Part shown: positions 22,631 to 31,222 of the stretch, in pieces
Layout of the letters: each line of letters begins with the position of its first letter
Numbering within the stretch: position 1 is the first letter of the stretch
Program-made: the position numbers and the translations under genes
The notes under the pieces: model-generated
What the model was told of the DNA's origin: nothing
What the model saw: only the letters and a program-made list of their open reading frames with translations
Databases searched by the model: none
Assembly: GCA_021157415.1 (NCBI GenBank)
Contig: JAGGWN010000001.1
Coordinates: forward strand, 2,679-66,678
Origin: Bacteroidales bacterium
GTDB taxonomy: Bacteria; Bacteroidota; Bacteroidia; Bacteroidales; VadinHA17
DNA length: 64,000 nucleotides
Direction of reading: 5' to 3'

Positions 22631-23194
22631 ATGAGTATGGCAGAACAAAAATATACGAATATTCACCAGGATCTTATTGACCAGTGCAGGCAGGGTAACA
22701 GGCAGGCACAGTTTGAGATATATAAATTATATTACAAGGCCATGTACAATACAAGCTTGCGTATCGTAAACAACACACAGGAAGCCGAAGACATCATGCA
22801 GGAGGCTTTTCTTTCGGCTTTTGAAAAAATAGACCACTACAAGGAAGAAGTAAGCTTCGGAGCCTGGCTGAAAAGAATTGTTGTCAACAGATCCCTGGAC
22901 AGCCTCCGCAAGAAACACTATGAATTCGAAGATATAGAATCCCAGCTTCTTATGCATGCTGCAGCGGAAGAACCGGAAGATGAAGTGCCCTATGATCCCG
23001 GGCTTATCCGGAAAGCCGTAGAACAATTGCCGGCAGGCTACCGCACAATCCTGACCCTGCATCTTTTTGAAGGTTATGATCACGAAGAAATAGCCGGAAT
23101 TTTAGGGATCAGCAATGTCACTTCCCGGTCACAGTATTTCCGGGCACGGCAAAAACTGAAAGAGTTATTAAAAACGAGTATGAGTTATGGATAA
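22631..23194 (+). CDS. ECF-type RNA polymerase sigma-70 factor
   Basis: Region 2 strings YKAMYNTSLRIVNNTQEAEDIMQEAFL and the region 4 HTH YRTILTLHLFEGYDHEEIAGILGISNVTSRSQYFRARQKL. The ATG at 22631 is preferred over the track start. Confidence 0.9.
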   Translation: MSMAEQKYTNIHQDLIDQCRQGNRQAQFEIYKLYYKAMYNTSLRIVNNTQEAEDIMQEAFLSAFEKIDHYKEEVSFGAWLKRIVVNRSLDSLRKKHYEFEDIESQLLMHAAAEEPEDEVPYDPGLIRKAVEQLPAGYRTILTLHLFEGYDHEEIAGILGISNVTSRSQYFRARQKLKELLKTSMSYG

Positions 23195-23732
23195 ACTGAG
23201 CAGATACATACAAACCCACCGGGAAGATTTTGAGTTGGACGCCCCGGAAGGTCACGGTGAACGTTTCCTGAAAAAACTAACTCACCGCCACAGACGATCG
23301 CTCCTCATGAGAGCCCGGCCGGTGCTGAAAATGGCCGGGATAATCCTTTTGTTCATCCTCTCCGGCCTGTGGATACTGGAACATACAAACCTGTTGTCTT
23401 CGTCTGACAAAGATCCTCAGATTGCAGAATTTAGAGAAGCGGAAAATTACTATGCCATACAGGTTAGTCAGAAATACAATCAACTTAAACAGATGAAGTT
23501 TGTCGGAGACACCCTCCAGAAACAAATCATCCTGAAAGAACTCGGGAGCATGGACTCTGTCTATTCTCAGTTACAAAAAGATCTGAAAATGAATCCGGGC
23601 GACGAGCGTATCCTGCAGGCGATGATCGAATATTATCAGACCAAGCTCAATGCATTGAATACCATCATAAATCAACTATCTCAAATTCAGAACCATAATA
23701 AACCAAAGAGCCATGAAAAAACGAATCTTTAA
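23187..23732 (+). CDS. Putative anti-sigma factor (single-pass membrane protein)
   Basis: Its start overlaps the sigma gene by 8 nt. One transmembrane helix (LKMAGIILLFILSGLWIL). Its position after an ECF sigma gene is typical. Confidence 0.6.
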   Translation: MDKLSRYIQTHREDFELDAPEGHGERFLKKLTHRHRRSLLMRARPVLKMAGIILLFILSGLWILEHTNLLSSSDKDPQIAEFREAENYYAIQVSQKYNQLKQMKFVGDTLQKQIILKELGSMDSVYSQLQKDLKMNPGDERILQAMIEYYQTKLNALNTIINQLSQIQNHNKPKSHEKTNL

Positions 23733-24795
23733 TACAGGACTTACCGGTATAATCCTGTTATCAGCAACCTTGTCGGCGTGGGCGCTCCCTCCCGACCAGG
23801 TTGTCAAAAAGTATCACAAGAGCTATCCGGCTACACAAAAAACGGTATTAAGCATCCAGAATAAGTACGGGGATGTTAACCTGGAAAACTGGGAGAAAGA
23901 TTCCATTGCCATAGACGTTACGATTACAGTAGAATATCCGGACCGGGAGAAAGCGCAAAAGTTACTGGGATATCTGAAGGTGGATTTTAACAGCCAGGGA
24001 GACAATATTTCCGCTGTTACGGTTATCGACAATGATTTTTCCCGTTATGGCAGGCATTTCTGGGGTAATGAAAAAAAATTCAGCATTGACTACACAATCC
24101 ATGCCCCCGCCCGGATCAACTACAACCTGCTGAATAAATACGGAGATGCATTTATCAATGCAATAGACGGAAAAGTAAATATAGAGATCCGTTACGGACA
24201 TCTAAAGATCAACAAACTGACACAGGGTAATCATAAGCCCCTGAACAATATTATCCTGGCTTATTCAAAAGGGACTATTGAAGAAGCCAACTGGCTGATG
24301 CTCAATCTCAAATACTCACGTCTTGAAATCAACCATGCCAGTGCTCTTGCCGGCGAAACCAAATACTCCAAACTTTTTACCGGCGATGTCAGTTCCGTCG
24401 TTCTTGAATCGAAATACGACACCTACCGTTTCGGGAAACTGAACAATCTGATCGTAGAAGCTGGTTACGGAGACATAGAAGCCGATGAGGTAAGCAAAAA
24501 GATCATGCTGGATACAAGATACACCGGTGTGGATGTGGATCATGTATCCGCCGGCTTTTCCTCCATTGAGGTGGATAATGAATACGGTCACATCAAACTG
24601 GATATTGATTCGGGAGCCTCCTACCGCCTTACGGGAAGCACTTCCTACTGTGCAATTCATTATCCCGAATCGGACCGGATCAGCCGGATCACAAAAAACA
24701 ATTCTTCGGAAGTTCACGGATTCATAGGGAAAGACCGGAATTCAGTCTCCACGGTAAAGATCAAATCCAGATACGGCACGGTGGATCTGCATTAA
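23713..24795 (+). CDS. Secreted repetitive beta-strand protein (DUF4097 / putative adhesin-like)
   Basis: Signal peptide MKKRIFNTGLTGIILLSATLSAWA. Repeated short (Y/F)G(D/H)(V/I/A)x motifs (YGDVNL, YGDAFI, YGHLKI, YGDIEA, YGHIKL, YGTVDL). It overlaps the upstream gene by 20 nt. Confidence 0.55.
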   Translation: MKKRIFNTGLTGIILLSATLSAWALPPDQVVKKYHKSYPATQKTVLSIQNKYGDVNLENWEKDSIAIDVTITVEYPDREKAQKLLGYLKVDFNSQGDNISAVTVIDNDFSRYGRHFWGNEKKFSIDYTIHAPARINYNLLNKYGDAFINAIDGKVNIEIRYGHLKINKLTQGNHKPLNNIILAYSKGTIEEANWLMLNLKYSRLEINHASALAGETKYSKLFTGDVSSVVLESKYDTYRFGKLNNLIVEAGYGDIEADEVSKKIMLDTRYTGVDVDHVSAGFSSIEVDNEYGHIKLDIDSGASYRLTGSTSYCAIHYPESDRISRITKNNSSEVHGFIGKDRNSVSTVKIKSRYGTVDLH

Positions 24796-24822
24796 AAGTA
24801 ACCTTTTATTCTTATTCTGCAC

Positions 24823-24860
24823 TACCGGAGTATTTTCGAAAACACTCCGGTATTTTTTTT
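24823..24860 (+). terminator. Rho-independent terminator after the sigma/anti-sigma/DUF4097 operon
   Basis: TACCGGAGT-ATTTTCGAAAAC-ACTCCGGTA followed by T8. Confidence 0.75.
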
Positions 24861-24902
24861 AAAAAGTATATTTATACATTATTCTCATATGAAATATTTT
24901 TT

Positions 24903-24956
24903 TAATTTTGTGTACGCTTTGCAGGAAAATCGCGCTATGCGTTCTCCTGCAAAGTG
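24903..24956 (+). promoter_or_regulatory. Candidate Bacteroidota -7 promoter box (TAATTTTG, 24903..24910) followed by a 12-bp leader stem-loop (24915..24956) upstream of susC-like gene
   Basis: TAATTTTG fits the TAnnTTTG consensus. CGCTTTGCAGGA and TCCTGCAAAGTG pair (one G-U) with an 18-nt loop, about 40 nt before the ATG at 24996. Confidence 0.35.
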
Positions 24957-24995
24957 AAAAAGTGTTCTTAATAAATAACCTAAAACTAATGATTT

Positions 24996-27900
24996 ATGGA
25001 CAAAAAATTATTGCTAGTGCTAATGGTGTTTATAGCATTTCTTGGAAGTGCTGTAGCACAGGAGAAAACGATCACGGGGAAAGTGACATCTTCAGAAGAT
25101 GGATCCACGGTTCCCGGTGTGAGCGTTATGGTAAAAGGGACCACCATAGGAACTATCACAGACGTGAATGGGAACTATACACTGAAGGTTCCTGCTGATG
25201 CAAAGGTGCTGGTTTTTTCATTTGTCGGTATGACCACCAAAGAGATTGAGATCGGTAACCAGGGTGTTATCGATGTGGTCATGGAGCCGGCCAATGTAGA
25301 ACTCGACGAAGTAGTTGTGACCTCTCTGGGTATCTCCAGGCAGAAAAAAGCTTTGGGGTATGCCGTTTCCGAATTGAGCGGCGGGGAGATATCCACGGTC
25401 AAAGAAAGTAATGTGGTAAACTCCCTTTCCGGGCGTGTTGCCGGGGTGGTCATCACCAAGTCTCCTTCCGGTCCCGGTGGAGGCACCAGGGTAGTCATCC
25501 GGGGAAACAACTCACTGACGGGTAACAACCAGCCTCTTTATGTAGTGGATGGCGTACCTATTGACAACTCCGGTTTCGGTAGCGCCAACGGTTCGGGAAC
25601 AGCCAACTACCGCCGGGACGATTATGGTACCGGCGTTTCGGACATCAACCCGGACGATATTGAGTCGATCACGGTTCTGAAAGGGCCGAATGCCGCTGCT
25701 TTGTATGGATCGAGAGCTGCCAACGGGGTGATTCTGATCACCACCAAGAAAGGAAAGGCTCAAAAAGGTGTAGGGGTTTCCTTCAACTCCTCCACGACCT
25801 TCGAAAACCCGTTGCTATTGCCCAAATTCCAGAACGAATACGGACAAGGCTCGGATGGGAATACATACACGGATGTTAATGAACTGAAAAACCATGGCGG
25901 CTCCTGGGGTGCCAGGATGGACGGTTCACAACAGATTTACTGGACCGGGGAAACACGCCCCTATGTAGCACAACCGGATAATGTAAAGAATTTCTTCGAA
26001 ACCGGAAGCAATCTGGTCAATACCGTGGCTTTGGAAGGAGGTAGCGACAAATACACACTTCGTTTTTCCTATACAAACAACCACGCCAAATCCATCCTTC
26101 CGAATGCCGGCCTCGACAGAAACAATTTTGATGTCAGGGCCGTAGGCCATGTGTCAAAAAAACTTACAGTTGACGCCAAAGTGACCTATTTTGTTCAGGA
26201 AGCCAATCAACGGCCTTTCCAGGGTACAGAAGGGGTTATGGCCTATCTCTACGACATTCCCAGGAATCTGGATATTAACGATCTGAAAGACTACCAAAAT
26301 CCTGACTATTCGGTCAGAACCTATACCAACGGGACCAATGGGAACCCTTACTGGGTGCAATACCATGACATTAACAAGGATACACGTCACCGTACCATTG
26401 GGTTTGCCAAGGCCACTTATGAATTTACCGACTGGTTATCTGCTTTTGTAAGGATTGGTACCGACTTTGTCTCCCAGAAAATTGAAACCGTCAATCAATA
26501 CGGACACTGGTTTTACAGTACGGGACGCTTCAACTACAGAACATACAACACCAGCGAAACCAATGCTGACTTCCTGTTACTGTTCAATAAGAACCTGGGC
26601 AGTAATTTCAATCTCTCTGCCAATTTCGGAGGAAACCTGCGGACCAACACTTACGAGAACATGGGTATCTATGGTGATGATTTTAAGATCCCCACCAAGG
26701 CCACTACCGCCAGTGCCCGTGAGTTGATCCCCTCCTATACTCCGTTGCGGACAAAAAAGGTGAACTCGTTGTATGGATCGGCGTCTCTGTCCTATGCCAA
26801 TTTTCTATACCTGGATCTAACGGGTAGAAACGACTGGTCTTCCACTTTGCCCAAGGACAACTGGTCATACTTCTATCCTTCGGTTAGTTTATCTGCTTTG
26901 CTGAACAAGTTCATCGATCCGGATGCCAACTTCCTTGATCTTTTGAAAGTCAGGGGCAGCTGGGCCAAGGTAGGTAGCGATACCGGACCTTATCAACTGG
27001 ATATCTATTACAACCTGCAGCAAAACGGATATCTCGGATTGACAACCCTGAGCCGTCCATCCGTGAAGATGAACCCGAATCTAAAGCCCGAGCAGACCAA
27101 ATCACTCGAAGTCGGAGCTGAATTCAGGATGTTCAAAAACAAGATATACGGAGATTTCTCCATATACAATATTACCTCCAATGATCTGATCATGGACGTA
27201 CCTGTTTCCCCCTCTACTGGATACGGTTATTTCCGCAGCAATGTAGGACAGATGACCAACAAAGGATTTGAGGTCATGTTGGGAGGCACGCCGGTTTACA
27301 CCAACGGTTTCTCCTGGGATATTTCGGTTAATTTCTCGCACAACAAAAACACCCTGGATGAGTTGATTGAAGGAGTAGATAACTATATCTTCAGTACCAC
27401 CAATGCAGGAAATGTGGTTGTACAGGCTACGGTAGGCGGTGGTTTCGGAGACATGTACGGCACCGACTGGAAACGTACCGACGACGGTCGTCTGGTAGTG
27501 GATGCCCAGGGACGCCCGCTGGCCACTTCCGACAAGGTTTATCTTGGAAACTATCAACCCGACTGGGTAGGTGGAATCACCAACACGTTGCGTTACAAGG
27601 GTGTCACCCTGAATACCCTGATCGACACCCGTATCGGCGGACAATTGTTCTCAGGCACTGACGCCTCTCTTGATGCTTCCGGTGTGACGGACAGAACCTT
27701 GCAATACAGGGACGGGGTAACACTGGATGCCGTTTACAACTCTGGCACCCCGGACAACCCGGTATGGACAGAGAACACCACCCAGATTACCGGACAACAA
27801 TATTGGGGCGCCGTATCAGGTATCGCTTCCAACTATGTCTATGACCAGACCTATGTCATGCTGCGTGAATTGTCCCTGACATACACCCTGCCCAAGAAGT

Positions 27901-28091
27901 TGTTCGAAAACAATTTCCTGGGTTCCGTTTCGGTGGGATTCATAGCCCGGAACCTCGGATTCCTGTATAAAGAGATTGAGAACTTTGATCCTATCTCCAG
28001 CTACAGTACCAGCAACTATGCACAGGGAATTCTTTACTTCACCCTGCCTACGACAAGAAGCTATGGGTTCAATGTAAACATTAAATTTTAA
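24996..28091 (+). CDS. SusC/RagA-family TonB-linked outer-membrane transporter
   Basis: Signal peptide, carboxypeptidase-regulatory-like N-domain (ITGKVTSSEDGSTVPGVSVMVKGTT), SusC plug strings (VVVTSLGISRQKKALGYAVS, VVIRGNNSLTGNNQPLYVVDGVP, ITVLKGPNAAALYGSRAANGVILITTKKG), terminal Phe. 1031 aa. Confidence 0.95.
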   Translation: MDKKLLLVLMVFIAFLGSAVAQEKTITGKVTSSEDGSTVPGVSVMVKGTTIGTITDVNGNYTLKVPADAKVLVFSFVGMTTKEIEIGNQGVIDVVMEPANVELDEVVVTSLGISRQKKALGYAVSELSGGEISTVKESNVVNSLSGRVAGVVITKSPSGPGGGTRVVIRGNNSLTGNNQPLYVVDGVPIDNSGFGSANGSGTANYRRDDYGTGVSDINPDDIESITVLKGPNAAALYGSRAANGVILITTKKGKAQKGVGVSFNSSTTFENPLLLPKFQNEYGQGSDGNTYTDVNELKNHGGSWGARMDGSQQIYWTGETRPYVAQPDNVKNFFETGSNLVNTVALEGGSDKYTLRFSYTNNHAKSILPNAGLDRNNFDVRAVGHVSKKLTVDAKVTYFVQEANQRPFQGTEGVMAYLYDIPRNLDINDLKDYQNPDYSVRTYTNGTNGNPYWVQYHDINKDTRHRTIGFAKATYEFTDWLSAFVRIGTDFVSQKIETVNQYGHWFYSTGRFNYRTYNTSETNADFLLLFNKNLGSNFNLSANFGGNLRTNTYENMGIYGDDFKIPTKATTASARELIPSYTPLRTKKVNSLYGSASLSYANFLYLDLTGRNDWSSTLPKDNWSYFYPSVSLSALLNKFIDPDANFLDLLKVRGSWAKVGSDTGPYQLDIYYNLQQNGYLGLTTLSRPSVKMNPNLKPEQTKSLEVGAEFRMFKNKIYGDFSIYNITSNDLIMDVPVSPSTGYGYFRSNVGQMTNKGFEVMLGGTPVYTNGFSWDISVNFSHNKNTLDELIEGVDNYIFSTTNAGNVVVQATVGGGFGDMYGTDWKRTDDGRLVVDAQGRPLATSDKVYLGNYQPDWVGGITNTLRYKGVTLNTLIDTRIGGQLFSGTDASLDASGVTDRTLQYRDGVTLDAVYNSGTPDNPVWTENTTQITGQQYWGAVSGIASNYVYDQTYVMLRELSLTYTLPKKLFENNFLGSVSVGFIARNLGFLYKEIENFDPISSYSTSNYAQGILYFTLPTTRSYGFNVNIKF

Positions 28092-28108
28092 CCATTAAAG
28101 GTATAAAA

Positions 28109-29821
28109 ATGAAAACACTTAAATATATTCTAACCATCTTTTTTATTTTCGGGTTAGCTTCCTGTACAAAGGATTTTGTGGAGATTAACAAGAACCCGAA
28201 TGCTGTTTATCCTGACGAAGCAAGTGCGCGGTATTTCATTACCAATCCGGAATACCAGTTGTATGCACCCAATCGTTATCCTTATTGGCGTGCTCACCTG
28301 ATTCATACCGATCGTTATGCCGGCTATTTCACCTTTGGATTTAAAGGCGACTGGTGGTCTGATGAATTGGGTTATCATTATTCTTCCGGATACACTGATG
28401 CTGCCTGGGGATGGCTGGAAGGCTATTTCAGCCAGATTGACAACTTCATGCGTCTGACCGACAAAGGCGGTGATTTTGAAAACCCGCTGATGTATGCGGT
28501 AGGACAGATCATCAAAAGCCTCTATTATCAGACGTTTACGGATGTCTTTGGTGAAGTGCCTTTTTCCGAAGCAGGAAATCCCGACATCCAGCAACCCAAA
28601 TTTGATACGCAGAACGATATCTACCAGGGGCTCATCGCCATGCTTGATGAGGCCATCACTACTATCGGGGATAATCAGCGTACCGGCGACGGCGTGCAGG
28701 ATTTGGGTGAGAATGATGTCATTTTCCATGGAGATCTGCAGAAATGGAAAAAACTGGCCAACACACTGAAGCTGCGCATTGCCATGCGTGCCTACGGAGC
28801 TTCCGGCGCCGACTGGGTGAATGATGCGGTTAACTCCACTTTTACGCTGGGAGCATTCCTCGATGATGAAAGCGACAATGCCCTCTTACCCAAGGACAAT
28901 GAGATATCCCAGTGGGGAAGTGCCTGCTATGGCGACATCTGGTGGAATTTCGGCCTGGGCTCTAACTGGACCATGGGGAAATATCTCATAGACTACATGA
29001 GTAAATACAACGATCCCCGTTTACCCAAGTATGCCCAGCCCGCACCGGGAGGTACGTTTGTCCTGCAACGACCGAAGCAATCGGAAAACGAAGAAGGCTA
29101 CGATAACTTTCCGGCACGGATCAATTTCCTGAGAGGCGTCCTGGAAGATGCTACCGGTGGGGATATAACCTTTACCGACTGGACCGACAGTGTACAGATC
29201 TCCATTCCTGAGAACAAGTATTATATCGGTCAGCCACCACGGTTGAACAGCAAGGTATATCCCTATGTCGTGTATGAATTCTGGTCCACCCCTTCGGAAT
29301 GGGTGATTCAGAAAAAAAACCAGGGCAAGCCCATCTTCCCGGAGATTATCCTTACCACCGGCGAATCTTATTTCCTGCGTGCCGAAGCTGTTGAAAAAGG
29401 ATTGGCTACAGGCAATGCCGAAGAGCTTTTCCAGAATGGAATCCGTTATGCCATGAAGCTTTGGGAAGTCAGCGATGCCGACATTGACGACTATCTCACC
29501 AATGCCTCGTTGGCTCACCTCGACGGGACCCAGGAAGAAAATCTCCAGAAGATCGAGATACAAAAATGGATTGCTCACTACACCGATGGTTTTGAAGGAT
29601 GGGCTGACCTTCGTAAAAACGGTTATCCTGTGGAAATGGCCCAGGGTGTTTCCGACCCGATTATCTTCGGTTTGGGCGACGACAATGGTGTATTGCCACA
29701 ACGTATGCGTTACGGCAATGCTGCTTATAACAATAACGGTGACAACCTGCAGGAGGCCATCTCCCGTCAAGGTCCCGATGTACAAGGAACACCCCTGTGG
29801 TGGGCCAAAACGTCCAAATAA
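28109..29821 (+). CDS. SusD/RagB-family glycan-binding lipoprotein
   Basis: Lipoprotein signal ending GLASC. Lies immediately downstream of SusC (17-nt gap). Size and TPR-like helical composition are typical of SusD. Confidence 0.9.
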   Translation: MKTLKYILTIFFIFGLASCTKDFVEINKNPNAVYPDEASARYFITNPEYQLYAPNRYPYWRAHLIHTDRYAGYFTFGFKGDWWSDELGYHYSSGYTDAAWGWLEGYFSQIDNFMRLTDKGGDFENPLMYAVGQIIKSLYYQTFTDVFGEVPFSEAGNPDIQQPKFDTQNDIYQGLIAMLDEAITTIGDNQRTGDGVQDLGENDVIFHGDLQKWKKLANTLKLRIAMRAYGASGADWVNDAVNSTFTLGAFLDDESDNALLPKDNEISQWGSACYGDIWWNFGLGSNWTMGKYLIDYMSKYNDPRLPKYAQPAPGGTFVLQRPKQSENEEGYDNFPARINFLRGVLEDATGGDITFTDWTDSVQISIPENKYYIGQPPRLNSKVYPYVVYEFWSTPSEWVIQKKNQGKPIFPEIILTTGESYFLRAEAVEKGLATGNAEELFQNGIRYAMKLWEVSDADIDDYLTNASLAHLDGTQEENLQKIEIQKWIAHYTDGFEGWADLRKNGYPVEMAQGVSDPIIFGLGDDNGVLPQRMRYGNAAYNNNGDNLQEAISRQGPDVQGTPLWWAKTSK

Positions 29822-29845
29822 TACTTGATTATTCCTATGTAAAAA

Positions 29846-29877
29846 ACCGTTCATCTTCGGGTGAACGGTTTTTTTTA
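29846..29877 (+). terminator. Rho-independent terminator after the susD-like gene
   Basis: ACCGTTCA-TCTTCGGG-TGAACGGT followed by T8. Confidence 0.8.
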
Positions 29878-29885
29878 TCCAAAAT

Positions 29886-29962
29886 CCGCAATGGAAAAAC
29901 AAAAATGTTTTGCATTGCTCATCGCCTTCGCGTAGCTTCAGCGTAGTAAAGGACTTACCCAA
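29886..29962 (+). repeat. Dispersed intergenic mosaic element, copy with X-like hairpin + Y + start of Z
   Basis: CCGCAATGGAAAAACAAAAATGTTTTGCATTGC hairpin, then TCGCCTTCGCGTAGCTTCAGCGTAGTAAAGGACTTACCC. Compare 1..40 and 11580..11620. Confidence 0.7.
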
Positions 29963-30010
29963 CGAAAACATCCGTTCGGCTTTCCCGTGGTTCCTAATCC
30001 GTCAACCGTT

Positions 30011-31150
30011 TTATTTCAGCAACGTATCGCTGATCACCTTCAGCAAACGCAGCGAGTCGATAAAAGTATCCTGTGACAGTTCCCAGATCATGATCCCTCC
30101 CACATTATGATCCCGTACATAAGATGCTTTTCTGCCCATGGTTATCCGGCCGTTGTAATAGATATCATCCACCTGATCCTGATTGTAAGCTTCCGGATAC
30201 TCCTGCAGGATTGTCCGATAAGTAATTCCTTTCCCGTTGTTGGAAAAATCTCTCCCGTAAAAAGGGACACCCAGAAGGATGTTTTCTGCAGGCCAGCCCC
30301 GGTAATTAATCCAGTAGGCCAGGCCGGTGGCATCTGCTCCGCTACCGTGGCCAATTGCATCTTCGTACGAAGCATGCGGACCGGGGTTGCTCCAGGGACC
30401 ACTAAAATCATAAGCCATCACCTGCAATCCGGTGGCATACTCCGTGATCCCGTCCAGGTAATGCTTCCCTCCCCAGTTGGATGCATACAAGTCCACCGAC
30501 AGTTCAATGCCGAAAGGACTCAGTGTCTCATGCAATTCGGCCAGGAGGGTCACCAGGGCATTGCTCTCTTCAGGCAGCACCGTATTGGTGGCCGCACCGT
30601 TCCAAAACTCCCAGTCAATATCTACTCCGTCCAGACAGTTGGCAAACACATAGTTTTTTATATCCCTGATCAGTCGTTTTCTGCGGGTCTCATTCACTGC
30701 CACATAGGGGAAATTATCCGAATCGGCAGCCCCTCCTATCGACAGGAATACCTCAACCCCATGGGCATGGGCCTCATCAACCAGGACGCCAGTCATATCC
30801 AGGTGGTCTGTCACCAGATGTCCTTCGCGGGAAAGAGAGGCAAAAGCATAATCGATCCGGGTGATCTCATCCCAATGCACGGAAGAAACAGGAAAAATAT
30901 CCTCCGCCCAATAGGGATAAAACCCGACTACTCGTGATGGGGCTTCTTTCGGCGTAAACGGGGACTTACATACCGGTTCCGTCAAATCTTCACGTACCGG
31001 CACCTCGATTTTTTTTTCTTTCGTACAAGATGCCATCCACAAAGCCATCGCTCCGGAAAGCAAAATCAGTCCTGCTAAAGAAGCTATTTTTGCTATAAGT
31101 TTATTCTGAATATTATGCGAAGACTCTTTACAGATATGTCGTGGAAACAT
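30011..31150 (-). CDS. GH18 glycoside hydrolase (chitinase / endo-beta-N-acetylglucosaminidase-like) lipoprotein
   Basis: Catalytic motif LDGVDIDWEFW (DxxDxDxE), lipoprotein-like signal ...LWMASC, and C-terminal GGIMIWELSQD typical of GH18. Confidence 0.85.
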   Translation of the reverse strand: MFPRHICKESSHNIQNKLIAKIASLAGLILLSGAMALWMASCTKEKKIEVPVREDLTEPVCKSPFTPKEAPSRVVGFYPYWAEDIFPVSSVHWDEITRIDYAFASLSREGHLVTDHLDMTGVLVDEAHAHGVEVFLSIGGAADSDNFPYVAVNETRRKRLIRDIKNYVFANCLDGVDIDWEFWNGAATNTVLPEESNALVTLLAELHETLSPFGIELSVDLYASNWGGKHYLDGITEYATGLQVMAYDFSGPWSNPGPHASYEDAIGHGSGADATGLAYWINYRGWPAENILLGVPFYGRDFSNNGKGITYRTILQEYPEAYNQDQVDDIYYNGRITMGRKASYVRDHNVGGIMIWELSQDTFIDSLRLLKVISDTLLK

Positions 31151-31222
31151 TAGTTTTTTTTCAGAAGTTCAGTAAACTACCTCGAAGCAGAACTTTGGGG
31201 AATTGACCCATTTTAAGATTAT

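Noticed and set aside
22631-28091. ECF sigma/anti-sigma pair as the trans-envelope regulator of the adjacent SusC
   Set aside because: The anti-sigma lacks a FecR-like periplasmic domain. The SusC lacks an STN/secretin-TonB N-terminal signalling domain. A strong terminator (24823..24860) separates the units.
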